Under the pieces are notes generated by a model. The model ran no database searches and was not told where the DNA came from. It saw only the letters and a list, made by a program, of their open reading frames with translations. Made by a program: the position numbers and the translations under genes. This document shows positions 37,167 through 48,059 of a stretch of DNA of 64,000 nucleotides, piece by piece. This DNA comes from a virus. Within the stretch, counting starts at the first letter, position 1. Each line of letters starts with the position of its first letter. The stretch lies in the IMG/VR virus record IMGVR_UViG_3300005471_000014, positions 4,927-68,926 of that record, one strand, 5' to 3'.

Positions 37167-37813
37167 TACGGTGCCTTGCGTGTCGCCGATCGATCAACGA
37201 TTTTTTGCAAGTCCTGCGTGTTGATCGCCTGCATCTGCTGTCCGTACATCGCGCTCCATGTCGGAATGCGCTCGTCGTTTTTGAGGAAGGGCGTTGCTTC
37301 CAACAAACTTCTGTAGAGCAGAGCGTTCGGCGCGTAATCCGTCAGCCAGTTGGTCTGCGTGGCGTCATCGAGCAACGGCGGTTGCTGGTAGTAGAGGACT
37401 TCCCAGGGATAGCTCACGCCAGGGGTCGGCGTGATAAGCCAATGCGTGTAGTCGTAATCGCTGTAGAAGAGCGGCAGTGCCACTTCGGCAGAGTCTGGCC
37501 AGTAAGACCTGGCGTATTCATACGACCTCGGGAAAAGCGATGTGCGGGTGTTGTTCTCGTCACCGGTCCCGAAATTCATTGACACCGTTTCGCGCCATCG
37601 ATCGGGCTTTTGATACACGCTCACGCCTGGATCGAGCGTCGTGACGACAACATTGATGAAGCCCTGAAATTTCAATTCCCCGGCGATGGCGCGCTCCGCC
37701 AGGTTGATGAGGCTGGGGAGCTGATCGAACACGGTCGTGTCCACCACATATCCACGTTCGAGGTAGCGCCGCATGTCCTCTTTGAGTGACGTGAAGGTCA
37801 TCGCGGTCGGCAT
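37166..37813 (-). CDS. head-tail adaptor-like protein
   Basis: GGAG SD; INLAERAI..., TNWLTDYAPNALLY. Confidence 0.6.
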   Translation of the reverse strand: MPTAMTFTSLKEDMRRYLERGYVVDTTVFDQLPSLINLAERAIAGELKFQGFINVVVTTLDPGVSVYQKPDRWRETVSMNFGTGDENNTRTSLFPRSYEYARSYWPDSAEVALPLFYSDYDYTHWLITPTPGVSYPWEVLYYQQPPLLDDATQTNWLTDYAPNALLYRSLLEATPFLKNDERIPTWSAMYGQQMQAINTQDLQKIVDRSATRKAP

Positions 37814-37829
37814 GCACTCCTCCAAACGC

Positions 37830-37853
37830 AAAACCCCGCCGAGGGGCGGGGTT
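37830..37853 (-). terminator. GC-rich hairpin with short U tract
   Basis: minus strand AACCCCGCC-CCTC-GGCGGGGTTTT. Confidence 0.55.
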
Positions 37854-37875
37854 CATCAATCAACGGCATCGGCCA

Positions 37876-38025
37876 TCACTCCGGTAAGGGAGGAGGCGTG
37901 TTGTTCATGCGTTCAATCGCGTCGAGCGCGGCGGTGATTTCGTTGTACGCCGCCACCTCGGAGCCTTGGAGCTGCGTGCGTAGCAGAAACGCGCGGATGT
38001 TTGCGATCAATGCATTGGTCAGCAT
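37876..38025 (-). CDS. 49-aa protein after fibre genes (chaperone-like position)
   Basis: ATG abuts upstream stop; MLTNALIANIRAFLLRTQLQGSEV. Confidence 0.45.
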   Translation of the reverse strand: MLTNALIANIRAFLLRTQLQGSEVAAYNEITAALDAIERMNNTPPPLPE

Positions 38026-39069
38026 CTAGGCAGGGTCTCCGGACAAACGAATGGTGTATTGGCCTTCGGGGACGAACTCCGCCTCTGCGCTGTTCCAGTG
38101 CCAGAGGCTATCGCCACCGGGATTGCTGAAGAGGGCATCGGCTGTATCGAATGTCTGGCCCCACTCCTCCACGTTCAGCGACGTGAAATAGTTCTGCGAG
38201 ACTTCGGCGTCTTCCACTCTGAATTCCATCTCACTCGGTGCGACCGAGAGCAGGCTGTAGCCGCTGAAGCCGTAGACGCCAGAGATTCGCGAGCCTTGAA
38301 AAACCAGCGTGCCACCAGTGGTCCCAAAGTTGGAGTACCCCTCGGCGCCGACGCCTACGGTGTCAGCAATGAACACGATGTCCGGTGCCGCCGCGCCGCC
38401 GCTCCCCGTAGACCAAAACGTGTCCGTGCCATCGCTGGTGAGCACGTTGCCCGACTGCCCGCTCTGATCCGGCAATAGCGCATTGAGCGCATCGTTTGCT
38501 GTCGCTTGGCCGGTGCCGCCGTTCTCGATCGGTAGCTCAGCAGTCACACCGCTCGTGAGGTCGACTTGTGCCCAGGCTGGATTGTTTGATGCGCCCGTGT
38601 TTGAGAGATACCGCGTCGTGCTCGTGTTCTTCGGCAAGGCGCTCAGCGTGTTCAATGCTGTTGCATAGATGAGGTCGCCTTGTGCGAATGTCGCGACCCC
38701 CGTGCCGCCCCGCGTTACTCCGAGCGTGCCGCTCGTGAAGAGCGCGGTATCGCGAATGCTGCTGCCGCTAACCGTTGTCGTTCCGTTGAGCGCGACATTG
38801 TTTGAAAACGTGTGCGCCCCCGTCCATGTCGGGACGATGCTCTGACTGAGTACAGGCGCGGCGTCCGAGCGCATCGCAGTGGTGGCAACACCGTTGACCG
38901 CGGAGAGCCCGACGCTTGCTGTGGGATTCGCGAATGCGGTCCCGCCGCTCGCGATATCAGACACCGTGCATCGGCGCGATGTCCCCGACTGCACGACCAT
39001 CACCATCTCATTGCCCACGAGCGGCGTCACGACAGTCGGTAACTCAGTAACTTTTATTGTGTCGCTCAC
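38026..39069 (-). CDS. tail fibre-like protein
   Basis: IKVTELP N-terminus, shared fibre modules. Confidence 0.65.
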   Translation of the reverse strand: MSDTIKVTELPTVVTPLVGNEMVMVVQSGTSRRCTVSDIASGGTAFANPTASVGLSAVNGVATTAMRSDAAPVLSQSIVPTWTGAHTFSNNVALNGTTTVSGSSIRDTALFTSGTLGVTRGGTGVATFAQGDLIYATALNTLSALPKNTSTTRYLSNTGASNNPAWAQVDLTSGVTAELPIENGGTGQATANDALNALLPDQSGQSGNVLTSDGTDTFWSTGSGGAAAPDIVFIADTVGVGAEGYSNFGTTGGTLVFQGSRISGVYGFSGYSLLSVAPSEMEFRVEDAEVSQNYFTSLNVEEWGQTFDTADALFSNPGGDSLWHWNSAEAEFVPEGQYTIRLSGDPA

Positions 39070-40103
39070 GGCGAGATGACCTCCACGTATGAGGTCCCCG
39101 TGAATGTGGGCGTCATCGAGGGAGGAGTGGTTGCATTCACTGCGCGAAGCTGGACCCGCGCCACAAAGGCATTGGTCAAATTTGTCGCAAAGGGACCATC
39201 CTGCAAGCCGTGGAACACGAGTGGCGTGATCGCCGGAGAGTTCAGCACCTTCTGACAGCCTTCATTCGGACTGGGGAATGTATTCACGTTGTACGTATCG
39301 AAGAACATGAAGCCATCGCTTGACCCCGATGCGCTGGCCGGCATGTATGCTTCAAAATAGAAGGCACTGTTGGTCGCATTCGTCACCGCGACGTTGACTC
39401 CCACTCTGATGCGCGGGAATAGCACGGCTCCCACTGCCGATAGATCGAGGTCTACGTCAACGTTGCCGGCGCCGCTGAAACTGATTGAGCCGGCCGCATA
39501 GATGTGCAACACGTTACTCGATGCAAGCGTGGCTGCCGGGACGCTGAACTTGACGATGTTGTAACCCTGCGCGTCGGTCGTCGGCGTTGGGTTCAGAGAG
39601 ATGATTGTCCGATTACTCGTACCGCCTGCGGATGCCCACACTTCATCGCCGCGCCAGAATGTGGAGCTACTTGCGCCTGTCCCGCTATTCAAGCGGCTGA
39701 CGGGAAGATTCCCACTCACGCCGTTCGCGAGATTGACTTGCGCCCAGGCGGGCGCATTCGACGCACCGGTATTCGAGATGTATCTCGTCGCGTTCGTATT
39801 CTTCGCGAGTTGCGCGAGCGTATTGATCGCCGACGCGTAGATGAGATCGCCTTGCGTGTAGCTTGTAAGTCCCGTTCCGCCAGTCGTCGGGCTGATGATG
39901 GTTCCCGTTGGAATGGCCCCGACATCCGTCGCGTCGAGCACCACAACACCGGTCTGACCGTTGACCGAGGTAACAGCGCCCGTGCCGAGGTCCGCGATGT
40001 CCTGCACCGTCGTGCGCACCGTTGCACTCGACTGCACAATAGGAACTTGCTCGGTGCCCGATAGCGCGGCGGCGGGTGGTAGACCAGAGATCGTTACGCT
40101 CAT
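39066..40103 (-). CDS. tail fibre-like protein
   Basis: [27 protein letters not shown] repeat, shared module. Confidence 0.65.
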   Translation of the reverse strand: MSVTISGLPPAAALSGTEQVPIVQSSATVRTTVQDIADLGTGAVTSVNGQTGVVVLDATDVGAIPTGTIISPTTGGTGLTSYTQGDLIYASAINTLAQLAKNTNATRYISNTGASNAPAWAQVNLANGVSGNLPVSRLNSGTGASSSTFWRGDEVWASAGGTSNRTIISLNPTPTTDAQGYNIVKFSVPAATLASSNVLHIYAAGSISFSGAGNVDVDLDLSAVGAVLFPRIRVGVNVAVTNATNSAFYFEAYMPASASGSSDGFMFFDTYNVNTFPSPNEGCQKVLNSPAITPLVFHGLQDGPFATNLTNAFVARVQLRAVNATTPPSMTPTFTGTSYVEVISP

Positions 40104-40528
40104 GAGGCCCACGGCTCCACAATCAGAAGTTCATTGCATGCGGGCAGCGCGTTGACTGCGGCTGCCAGCTCGACACCATCCTCCGTGAGAATTGGACTGA
40201 TCCCTTGGCTGACGACGTAGATGTCGTCTTGTGTAATGAAGTAGTGGAGACCGTTCTCCGTGAAGATGTAGCCGGGAAGATCAAACGGGTGCTCGCACGT
40301 CGTCACCGCGATCGGCACATCTGGACGTACGAAAGGCAACACGAGATTGTCCGGTTGCCGCGGCGGTAACCGGTACGGATCGAGCATGTCCCAGTCGTCG
40401 CGGCAGACACGAAGGCCGGGAAGGTTTCCGTCTTCGATCAGCTCATGCAGTAAGAACCGACGATTGCACCGATCACAGATACCCACCGCGGACCAAGGTG
40501 CGCCGGTCGGATCATCCCAGCCGCTCAT
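40100..40528 (-). CDS. small Cys-containing virion protein
   Basis: ICDRC...GLRVC...DPY. Confidence 0.6.
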   Translation of the reverse strand: MSGWDDPTGAPWSAVGICDRCNRRFLLHELIEDGNLPGLRVCRDDWDMLDPYRLPPRQPDNLVLPFVRPDVPIAVTTCEHPFDLPGYIFTENGLHYFITQDDIYVVSQGISPILTEDGVELAAAVNALPACNELLIVEPWAS

Positions 40529-41607
40529 TTTGTGTATGGCGAGAGATTGACGCGGAAGAAGGTCGGGCTCGAATCCTCCTCGCCGGTCCAAGCTGTCGTG
40601 ATGGCGCGATCCGCCGAACCACGCAGCACCGGGATGAGATTGATATCGACCTCCTGAATCTCCATTGCCAGGCGCGCCGCGAGTTCACTCACCACCGCTT
40701 CAAACCAGCGCTGCGGGAAGTCGAGCGTTTCAGTCAGCGTCCCCACATCCATCAGGTAACGCTTGCGTACCAGCACGAGCTGCCAGAACGTGTACTGAAG
40801 TTGCACCGCCGGCCAGATGCGCAGCACCGGCTGATCGCGCTGAAGATCAAGCCAGTATTGGACCGGTCGGCCCTGGAATGCCTTGTCCGGCAGGCTCTGA
40901 TAGTCATCGCGATTGATCCGCGCCATCGGGATTTCCGATGGCGTGTTTGCGACAACGAACTCCGCGACATCGAGCACCGTTGGCGCGGTCGCAAGTAGCT
41001 TCACATTGAGTACGTTATTAAGAGCAGTTCCCTGAAGAGTCGTCTCTGTCGCAAAGAGATCAATCCAGACCCACTCACCGCGGACCGCCGCGAATGTCGC
41101 GTTGGTGTAAACCGATGTATAGGTGACGCCATCGGGCGAGGTCTGCACGGCGACATTCCATGTGCCCGTCGCATTCGGCAAGATTCCAATATTGGTGATG
41201 TCGGTTTCCGACTCGAACGTGATGATGATATTTCCGCCGGGCGTGGTCTGAGTGCAGGCGGTCTCGACATCACCATCCGTTGCGTTGTCCGCAGTCCCCT
41301 CGCTGGCAGTCGTATCTCCTGAAAGCCGTTGCAACTGCCGGATTTGAAGATTCAAGACATCAACGGTTCCCGCGGGGCAGATGACTTCGGTTGACCCTTC
41401 GTAGAGCGGGAGGAGCTGCTTCTCGACACACCAGAGCGGGATACCACGATTCACCAACTCGCTCATGAGCAGATAGAGCAAGTCCTGCGCAGTTTGCAGA
41501 TGCTCGCTCGTAATGAGCTGCGTCGGCAGACGACAGCGACGGAACGCGTGATCGATGACCTTGCGCGTGACGAACGTCGTCTGCGACACGGTCCCGCTGA
41601 CTGCCAT
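40525..41607 (-). CDS. head-tail connector / tail tubular protein
   Basis: VIDHAFRRC..NRGIPLW..RINRDDY..GRPVQYW..FPQRW. Confidence 0.6.
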   Translation of the reverse strand: MAVSGTVSQTTFVTRKVIDHAFRRCRLPTQLITSEHLQTAQDLLYLLMSELVNRGIPLWCVEKQLLPLYEGSTEVICPAGTVDVLNLQIRQLQRLSGDTTASEGTADNATDGDVETACTQTTPGGNIIITFESETDITNIGILPNATGTWNVAVQTSPDGVTYTSVYTNATFAAVRGEWVWIDLFATETTLQGTALNNVLNVKLLATAPTVLDVAEFVVANTPSEIPMARINRDDYQSLPDKAFQGRPVQYWLDLQRDQPVLRIWPAVQLQYTFWQLVLVRKRYLMDVGTLTETLDFPQRWFEAVVSELAARLAMEIQEVDINLIPVLRGSADRAITTAWTGEEDSSPTFFRVNLSPYTK

Positions 41608-41809
41608 GATTGCTCCGAGTGGGGATAAACGGGGACATCCCTGTCCCAAGCACTCCGAGGGTCAACACGGAGAGCGCGTCTTCAGCGACGCGGCGCGATT
41701 AGTTTCTCTAGACCTTTGTGGCCTTTCGGGGCCGGATACTTCACATGCTCGCCAATCGTTTGTTCGGCGATACGCTTCGCCTGCGCGACGGTGACGGGCG
41801 AGCCATCAG

Positions 41810-42550
41810 CTACTTTTTTTTAACGCTTCCGCCGCTTTCATAGCCCATACGCTTGTTGGAGGCGCCGCCTTTGGATCGCATCATCATCGGTGCGCCCCGG
41901 CGAATCATCTGATCCCGCATCATCGGCGGTGATGGCCGCTGCATCTTTGCGGCTTGTGCCATTCGGACAGCCTTACCGATCATCGGCGCGAGGCCACCTC
42001 GCGCTCGCTTGGCCTTGCCACCGCGTGCGTAGTCCTGCCCGGTTGAGGCATTTGCCACGTATTCGTCGATGGACTGGTTTTTGCCGTTGACCATCCCGCG
42101 CTGTCCACTCGCCATTCCCCGCTTGACCTTGTCAACGAACGTGCGCAGCAGCTCCTTTGGAATTTCAGGGATGGCCTTCACCGATTCTGCGAGGGTGTAT
42201 GGATTCTGACGACGAGGAAGTACAGCGCCGCGCCGGACCGGGCCGCCGTCCGCCTTCTTCATGCGTCCGCCCTTCCTGAACCCCGGACGTAGCGGAGTCT
42301 TGCCGCCCGACTCCTGATCGAGATTGTTGTATGACTTCGCGCGACGAATGAGCGCACCGCCCTGATCCCCAACCTCTTCGCTCTTCATGCGTGGGTTGTC
42401 CTGGCGTACGAAGCCGCCATCGGCGAATGCTTTGCGACGGATGTATGGCGACACATTGGTGACGCTGCCGGTGGACCCGGTGAATCCCATGCGCGCGGGA
42501 AACTTGAAGCCTGCGCTTGGGCCGTAGCCGGTGGGTTTGAAGCCCTTCAT
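41810..42550 (-). CDS. basic late protein with many xxGG repeats
   Basis: FADGG, KKGG, ADGG, YARGG, ARGG, SKGG, ESGG. Confidence 0.6.
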   Translation of the reverse strand: MKGFKPTGYGPSAGFKFPARMGFTGSTGSVTNVSPYIRRKAFADGGFVRQDNPRMKSEEVGDQGGALIRRAKSYNNLDQESGGKTPLRPGFRKGGRMKKADGGPVRRGAVLPRRQNPYTLAESVKAIPEIPKELLRTFVDKVKRGMASGQRGMVNGKNQSIDEYVANASTGQDYARGGKAKRARGGLAPMIGKAVRMAQAAKMQRPSPPMMRDQMIRRGAPMMMRSKGGASNKRMGYESGGSVKKK

Positions 42551-42566
42551 GAGTTGTGCTCCTTCG

Positions 42567-45455
42567 TCATGCAAATCGCAGCCAAGAGCCGAGGTTCGTT
42601 GCGATGAAAATCATCGCGAACGGCAAACTGGCAGTGATCGTCGATGGCGCGCCTGAGATCGAATTGCCGTTGCCGCTCACCGTGAGCGCCGTGACGGTCT
42701 GCGTTGTGGTGACGTGGATGATCTGTCCGTTGAGAGGGCTAGCCGGCATGTTGATCGTGCCGGTGGCGAGGGTGCCGGCCGGATTCAGGACGAGAATCGT
42801 GTCCCGATCGGCGATCGTGATCGTGAAGCCCGTCGAAGGCGTCTGTTGATTCTCGCCGCGAATGCCATTCGCGCCGGTGAAGTACGCCATACCGGCGACG
42901 CCGCTTCCTGCGGCTGCTCCACCGTTGATCGCCACGTTGCCGGCCAGAGCACCGGCGGTGGTGGTCGAAGTACCTCCGGCGATAGTGACATTGCCGCCGC
43001 TCCCACTCGTGACACCGACGCCGCCGTTGATGTTGACGGCACCGCCGCCATTTGTCGCACCTCCGCCCGCGCCGGCATTGAGATTGAGCGCGCCGCCCGC
43101 ACCTGCCGTGGCCGCGCCGCCTGCAATCGTGAGCCCGAGTCCGGTCGTGGTGGATGGCGCGCGAAGCGTCCCCGCTTGGCCAGACTCACCGAGTTCAAGA
43201 ATGTCCGTCGCAGCGGTGAATGTGAAACCCGCGTCGCCTGCGAACGCGCCTGCGTTGTTGTATTGAACTTGCGTCGTGCTGCCGCCGGGCGCGGTAGCCG
43301 GCGCCGCCTGCCACGTCGGCGCGGAGCCCGATCCATTGGATGTGAGTACGTTAGTGCTGCTGCCGGCACTTCCGCCCACGAGCCACGCACCCACCGCATC
43401 AATCGTGATTCGCGTTGAGCCGTTCGTCGCGAGACTCAGATTCGCGGTGCCACTCCCGGTGCGCGTTCCAGTTGCGATTGAGACAGTGCCCGCGTTCTGG
43501 TTGGTGCCGACGCCGTTGCCGCTGGTGATCGTCGTCGCGCCACCCGCGCCGGTGCCCGCGCCGTTGCCGGAGGTGAGGGTGATGTTGCCACCCGTGCCCG
43601 AACCGGCGGCGCTCGCTGTGAGGGTGATCGAGCCACCATTGGCTGCGCTGCCGCCCGGATTGCCGCCCGTGATCTGCACGCCTCCCGGTTGTCCAGCGTT
43701 CGCCGAAAGGCCGCCCGTGATAATTACGTCGGCGCCGTTGCCATTGGTCGTATTTCCGTTACCACCCTGCAACGTCAACAAGCCACCATTGCCGGAAGTG
43801 CCGCCCCCCGTACCACCGCGCACGAGAACGGACCCACCAGCGCCGGTTCCATTCCCAGCGCCGGCACTCAAAGTGACGTTGCCGCCTGCTTGATTGCTCG
43901 GCGCAATGCCACCGAGTAGTTGTAGCGTCCCGCCGGTGCCACTGCTCGCGCCAGTGCCGGCACGAACGATGAGCCCTCCGCCCGTCGTGCTCCCCGTTGG
44001 CGCTGTGATGATGCCGGTCGTTGCGAGAGAGCCGACCGTCAGAATGTTGTTTGTGTCATCCCAAGTGAGATCAGCATCACCTGCGAACGCGCCCGAGCTG
44101 TTGTATTGAATTTGCGTCGTGCTTCCGGCGGCCGTGCCGGTGCCCGTGTTCTGCCACGTCGGCGGCGTGCCGGTGCCGTTTGATGTGAGCACCTGTGCCG
44201 CATTGCCGGCAGTTGTGCCAGCCATCAGCCAAGCACCATTCGCATCAATGCGAAGCCGTTCCGTGCTGTTGCTGGTCAATCCCAGTGAATTTGCAGCCGG
44301 CCTATACATCCCCACGGTAGGCGGAGAGCTTCCACTGACGCCAACGCGCGGCGCGCTAATCTGACCGCTGAACGTCGCGGTGCCCGTCCCGAGCTGTGTG
44401 AACGTCGGGTTATCGGTCGCGTTGCCGACGCTGATATCTGAGATCGCTGTCGTCGTGCCACGCGTAACCGCGAGCCAGTTCTTGCCAGCTCCGTCCGCGT
44501 CCGTGCGCGTGCGCCCGGTGAGGACGCTCGCGTTCACGTCGAAATCCCATAACTTCAAATCCGCGCCGACATCCGTCTCATTCAGTAGCAATCGCGGCTC
44601 TGCAAGCGACCATGTATGAATTCCGGTCCACGTCGGAACAATCGCCTGCGAAAGTGCCGGTGCGCCATCCGAGCGGAGTGCGGTCGTCGCCGAGCCATTG
44701 ACTGCGGCAAGCCCGATCGTCGCTGTCGGATTCGCAAGACCGGTGACGCCGCCAGCGGCGGTTGCCCACGACGCCGCCGCGCCAGTGCCCGCACTTGTGA
44801 GCACCTGTCCCGAGGTGCCATTCGATCCGTTTGCACTGAGTTCGCCCGAGGCACCCACAATGAAGCGATTCGAGCCGCCCGCGGCCAAGACAATCGTGCC
44901 GTTTGCTCCTGCGCCGGCCTTCACGCCGGCAGCGACCGTCACGTTGCCGCCGTTGCCCGCGTTGGCTCCATCGCCCGCATTGATCTGAATGCCGCCGCCG
45001 TTGCCACTTGTTTGCGCATCGCCAGCATTCAAAGCGATCGCGCCACCCGCTCCCGCCGTCCCGCCTCCACCGCCCAATGTGAGTTGTGCAGGCGTTGTGT
45101 CTGTGAGTGGTGCCCCGCCCGAGACAATGAGGCCCGCTGTGGTGCCAGTGCCGATAGCACCGACCGCTGTGCCGACAGTCAGCGTGCTACCGGCGTCATT
45201 CCATGTGAATTTGGAACTCGCACCGAACGCTCCCGAGTTGTTGTACTGAATCTGTGTGTTCGCGCCGGCTGGACTTCCACCGGCGGCGCTGACAATTACC
45301 TGCCCAGGCGTGGCCGTGCTGACTGTGATATTCGAGCCGGCCGTGAGAACGCGCGAGTTTGGAAGACCTATCTCCGTAGAAAAGGTCACGAAGTCTTCGG
45401 TGGACGGCGCGCTGCCCCCGCCGCCAGTGATGCCGGGGCCTTCGATGCCGCTCAT
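42567..45455 (-). CDS. Gly-rich fibre / spike protein
   Basis: 962 aa, three TQ(I/V)QYN(N/S)xGAF motifs each followed by GGxxxxxAG repeats. Confidence 0.7.
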   Translation of the reverse strand: MSGIEGPGITGGGGSAPSTEDFVTFSTEIGLPNSRVLTAGSNITVSTATPGQVIVSAAGGSPAGANTQIQYNNSGAFGASSKFTWNDAGSTLTVGTAVGAIGTGTTAGLIVSGGAPLTDTTPAQLTLGGGGGTAGAGGAIALNAGDAQTSGNGGGIQINAGDGANAGNGGNVTVAAGVKAGAGANGTIVLAAGGSNRFIVGASGELSANGSNGTSGQVLTSAGTGAAASWATAAGGVTGLANPTATIGLAAVNGSATTALRSDGAPALSQAIVPTWTGIHTWSLAEPRLLLNETDVGADLKLWDFDVNASVLTGRTRTDADGAGKNWLAVTRGTTTAISDISVGNATDNPTFTQLGTGTATFSGQISAPRVGVSGSSPPTVGMYRPAANSLGLTSNSTERLRIDANGAWLMAGTTAGNAAQVLTSNGTGTPPTWQNTGTGTAAGSTTQIQYNSSGAFAGDADLTWDDTNNILTVGSLATTGIITAPTGSTTGGGLIVRAGTGASSGTGGTLQLLGGIAPSNQAGGNVTLSAGAGNGTGAGGSVLVRGGTGGGTSGNGGLLTLQGGNGNTTNGNGADVIITGGLSANAGQPGGVQITGGNPGGSAANGGSITLTASAAGSGTGGNITLTSGNGAGTGAGGATTITSGNGVGTNQNAGTVSIATGTRTGSGTANLSLATNGSTRITIDAVGAWLVGGSAGSSTNVLTSNGSGSAPTWQAAPATAPGGSTTQVQYNNAGAFAGDAGFTFTAATDILELGESGQAGTLRAPSTTTGLGLTIAGGAATAGAGGALNLNAGAGGGATNGGGAVNINGGVGVTSGSGGNVTIAGGTSTTTAGALAGNVAINGGAAAGSGVAGMAYFTGANGIRGENQQTPSTGFTITIADRDTILVLNPAGTLATGTINMPASPLNGQIIHVTTTQTVTALTVSGNGNSISGAPSTITASLPFAMIFIATNLGSWLRFA

Positions 45456-46084
45456 GCGCCGGTCCCCGCCTGAAGTACGGTCAGCTCCGCCGAGCCCGTA
45501 CCGGAATTCGTCAGCAATCGAACCGCCGTGACCGGCGAGATGATTGTGCCCACGTCGTCCGCGGTCACATTGGTCAGGTCCACATGTGCGAACCACACAA
45601 ACGGGCCTGAACTCGTGAGCACATCTGAGTCGCCCGTGTATTCGAGCGTGACATCCACCGTGCCCGTGACATCGATGAATAAACTTACGTCGAACGGATC
45701 GATATATAGGTCTAGCGGAATGGGCTGCGAGGCGCCGACACCAGTCGTACCGAATTCGACGTTCGTTCCAACCGCCCCGCTCGCAGCGATACGCGTCACG
45801 GTCAGAAAGTCGAGTGTCGTGCTGACGGTCGTATTGTTGATACCCGTGACGGTGTCAGTGATCGAGGCGCCGGCCGAGTTCGTCCCGTACACCGTAAAGA
45901 TGACCGTGGAAATGTTGCCGGTCGAATGACCGGCGACCTTCCGCTGCGCGGTGAGCTGCGCGACGCCTCCCGCAACAAGTGCGCCATTGAGAGTGAGATC
46001 GGCAGCGCCCACAGTTGTCTGCACCTGCGCGATGCCATCCGCGTCTGCCGTGAGCAGCGCGCGTGTGATGATGACTGGACGCAT
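45452..46084 (-). CDS. structural protein (beta-rich)
   Basis: Thr/Val/Gly-rich ORF in head-fibre block. Confidence 0.6.
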   Translation of the reverse strand: MRPVIITRALLTADADGIAQVQTTVGAADLTLNGALVAGGVAQLTAQRKVAGHSTGNISTVIFTVYGTNSAGASITDTVTGINNTTVSTTLDFLTVTRIAASGAVGTNVEFGTTGVGASQPIPLDLYIDPFDVSLFIDVTGTVDVTLEYTGDSDVLTSSGPFVWFAHVDLTNVTADDVGTIISPVTAVRLLTNSGTGSAELTVLQAGTGA

Positions 46085-46145
46085 GAAAGTCCCTCAGAGT
46101 GCAGCCCCGTTTCCGAGCTGCACCCTGGTGTGAGTTGCGGAGGAG

Positions 46146-47126
46146 TTAAGCGGGATCGGCGGAGGTGTAGCCGGCCGAGGACGCGTTGCCGTACCAGTTA
46201 TCGTTGGCGTTCGCCCGTACGTACCCACCCGCGTTCGAGTAAGTGCCGGAGAGGTTGTTGCCTGTGATCTGGTTGAGACCGGCGCCGCCGGTCAGGTCAA
46301 TACCGCCCGAGTTGGCGGCGGCCGTGAACGGGCCGATATCGTTGTTCGCGATCAGCGTGTTCTGAGCTGCGCCGATGATCTGATTGGTGTTCGTGGTAAA
46401 TACGTTGTCATGGATATACCACTGATACATCGAGCCACCGGTCACGCGGATCGCAGTCGTCATGTTGTCGAACTGCGAGAACGCCACCTCCACGTTGTAT
46501 GGGTTCTCGGTGAAGCTCGTCGCCCCGCATCGAATGCCGATCCCGGTACCTGAGAAACGCATGGCGCGAATCGATGCGTGGGAGGCATCGCGCTCCAAGT
46601 CTCCCGCTCCGGCGTTGCGCACGATTTCCAGACAGGCGGCGTTCACATCAATCGCCGTCATCAAGAAGTTCGTTAGGCGCCATCCCTGCTGAAGAATGCG
46701 CAGCGTCGCTTGCGCAGCGGTCCCGCCACTTGCCGGCGGAGCCCACTGAGCGGCGGCGTACTGGCCCCCGGCAGGCGTGGAGTCAGCATGTCGGGGTCTA
46801 TTGCCGCATCCGTTGATCCAGCAATCGAACACCTGCACAGGCGTCACGAGTTGTTCCGTGATCTTGCCAATGAAGTTCACGACATCGCCATCGCTGATGA
46901 CGGTGAATGCCTTCGCCATCGTCAAAAACGGCTGCGTCGGTGCGGTGCCGCTGTATCCATCGCTGCCAGGGCTCCACCCCGTCGCCGGAATGGTGCTGCT
47001 CGCGTTGACGAACCACGTTCGGCCGAAGGCCGACGTGACGAATTTCTGATCGCCGCCGAACAGCGGGACGCCGAAGCTCGTCACGCCGTTCGGAAAATCA
47101 GTGTATGAGTTGTATGGCGCACTCAC
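46146..47126 (-). CDS. parallel beta-helix (pectin-lyase-like) virion protein
   Basis: GTAPTQPFLTMAKAF, Asn-ladder repeats IHDNVF, IANNDI, ITGNNL. Confidence 0.6.
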   Translation of the reverse strand: MSAPYNSYTDFPNGVTSFGVPLFGGDQKFVTSAFGRTWFVNASSTIPATGWSPGSDGYSGTAPTQPFLTMAKAFTVISDGDVVNFIGKITEQLVTPVQVFDCWINGCGNRPRHADSTPAGGQYAAAQWAPPASGGTAAQATLRILQQGWRLTNFLMTAIDVNAACLEIVRNAGAGDLERDASHASIRAMRFSGTGIGIRCGATSFTENPYNVEVAFSQFDNMTTAIRVTGGSMYQWYIHDNVFTTNTNQIIGAAQNTLIANNDIGPFTAAANSGGIDLTGGAGLNQITGNNLSGTYSNAGGYVRANANDNWYGNASSAGYTSADPA

Positions 47127-47129
47127 GGC

Positions 47130-48047
47130 TCATACTCCTGCCGTGCCAAACACGGTTCGCCAGTCCACCCAGTTCGGCAGATATCTTTCTGAAGACTTGT
47201 ACCTCATCGAATCTGTGTTGAAGGATGGCTCGCTCGTACGTTCGAGACGACGACGCATCACCAACTTCAGTCCGTCATCGACATTCGTCTGTACCCACCA
47301 TGCCGTCGTGGAGGTGAGGCGCGATAGATTCGCCTGCCCTTTCGAGAGCAGACCCATTGATTTGACCGGGTTAATGTCATTGTTCGCGGCGCCTGTTCTC
47401 AACACGCTCTTTAGCAGCACTTCTGCTTGGAACGTGTTGCTCGGAGAGACCACGAGCGACATCGGATTGAGCCGAATCTTTTTTCCGCGCGAATCGATCG
47501 CCTGCCGCACCTGAATGAGCATCTGCTCAAGCGAAGTTTGCGAAAGTGCCGCCGGAGTCGTGAGCTGATTGCTCGCTACACCGCCGATGATCGGATGCGA
47601 AGTCGAAACGAGTGAGACACCATCACCGCCCGGATAGCTCGCGTTGAACGCGCGATTCAAAATATTTGCACACAGGGTCTCTTTTGTTTCAATCATCGAT
47701 TGCGCGAGATGGCGCGCGTACGTTGTGCCAATCTGGATGTGGTCTCCATCTTCCACAAGTACCTTGGTGAGACTAAAGGCCAAACCAAATACGGCGTACA
47801 CCGTTCTTTGGATATAGAGCACACCGCCGCTGTCGTAAGTAAATGAAGTCCCTTCTGGCACCTGCGGGGCGACACCGAAGCCATAGAGAACGACATCTTC
47901 CAAGTACGCGCGCGGAGGAACGTTTGATTGTTCCTTGAACACTTGGCGCCATTCATCGGCGCGTTGATCGTACAGTCCGTCGAATGCGTCGGAGAGGATT
48001 GGCTCTACGACACTTCTGAAATCACTGCTCTGCATAGGCACGGCCAT
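47130..48047 (-). CDS. major capsid protein
   Basis: 305 aa; LAQSMIETKETLCANILNRAF..GGDGVSL..HP..DWRTVFGTAG; AGGAG SD. Confidence 0.85.
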   Translation of the reverse strand: MAVPMQSSDFRSVVEPILSDAFDGLYDQRADEWRQVFKEQSNVPPRAYLEDVVLYGFGVAPQVPEGTSFTYDSGGVLYIQRTVYAVFGLAFSLTKVLVEDGDHIQIGTTYARHLAQSMIETKETLCANILNRAFNASYPGGDGVSLVSTSHPIIGGVASNQLTTPAALSQTSLEQMLIQVRQAIDSRGKKIRLNPMSLVVSPSNTFQAEVLLKSVLRTGAANNDINPVKSMGLLSKGQANLSRLTSTTAWWVQTNVDDGLKLVMRRRLERTSEPSFNTDSMRYKSSERYLPNWVDWRTVFGTAGV

Positions 48048-48059
48048 TTTGGTTTCTCC

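Noticed and set aside
34746-45455. Diversity-generating retroelement or invertible fibre cassette
   Set aside because: No reverse transcriptase or invertase nearby; repeats are co-oriented and I saw no adenine-specific TR/VR pair.
47666-47684. TGCACACAGG operator half-site in the capsid gene
   Set aside because: Second half absent and it lies within coding sequence; likely chance.
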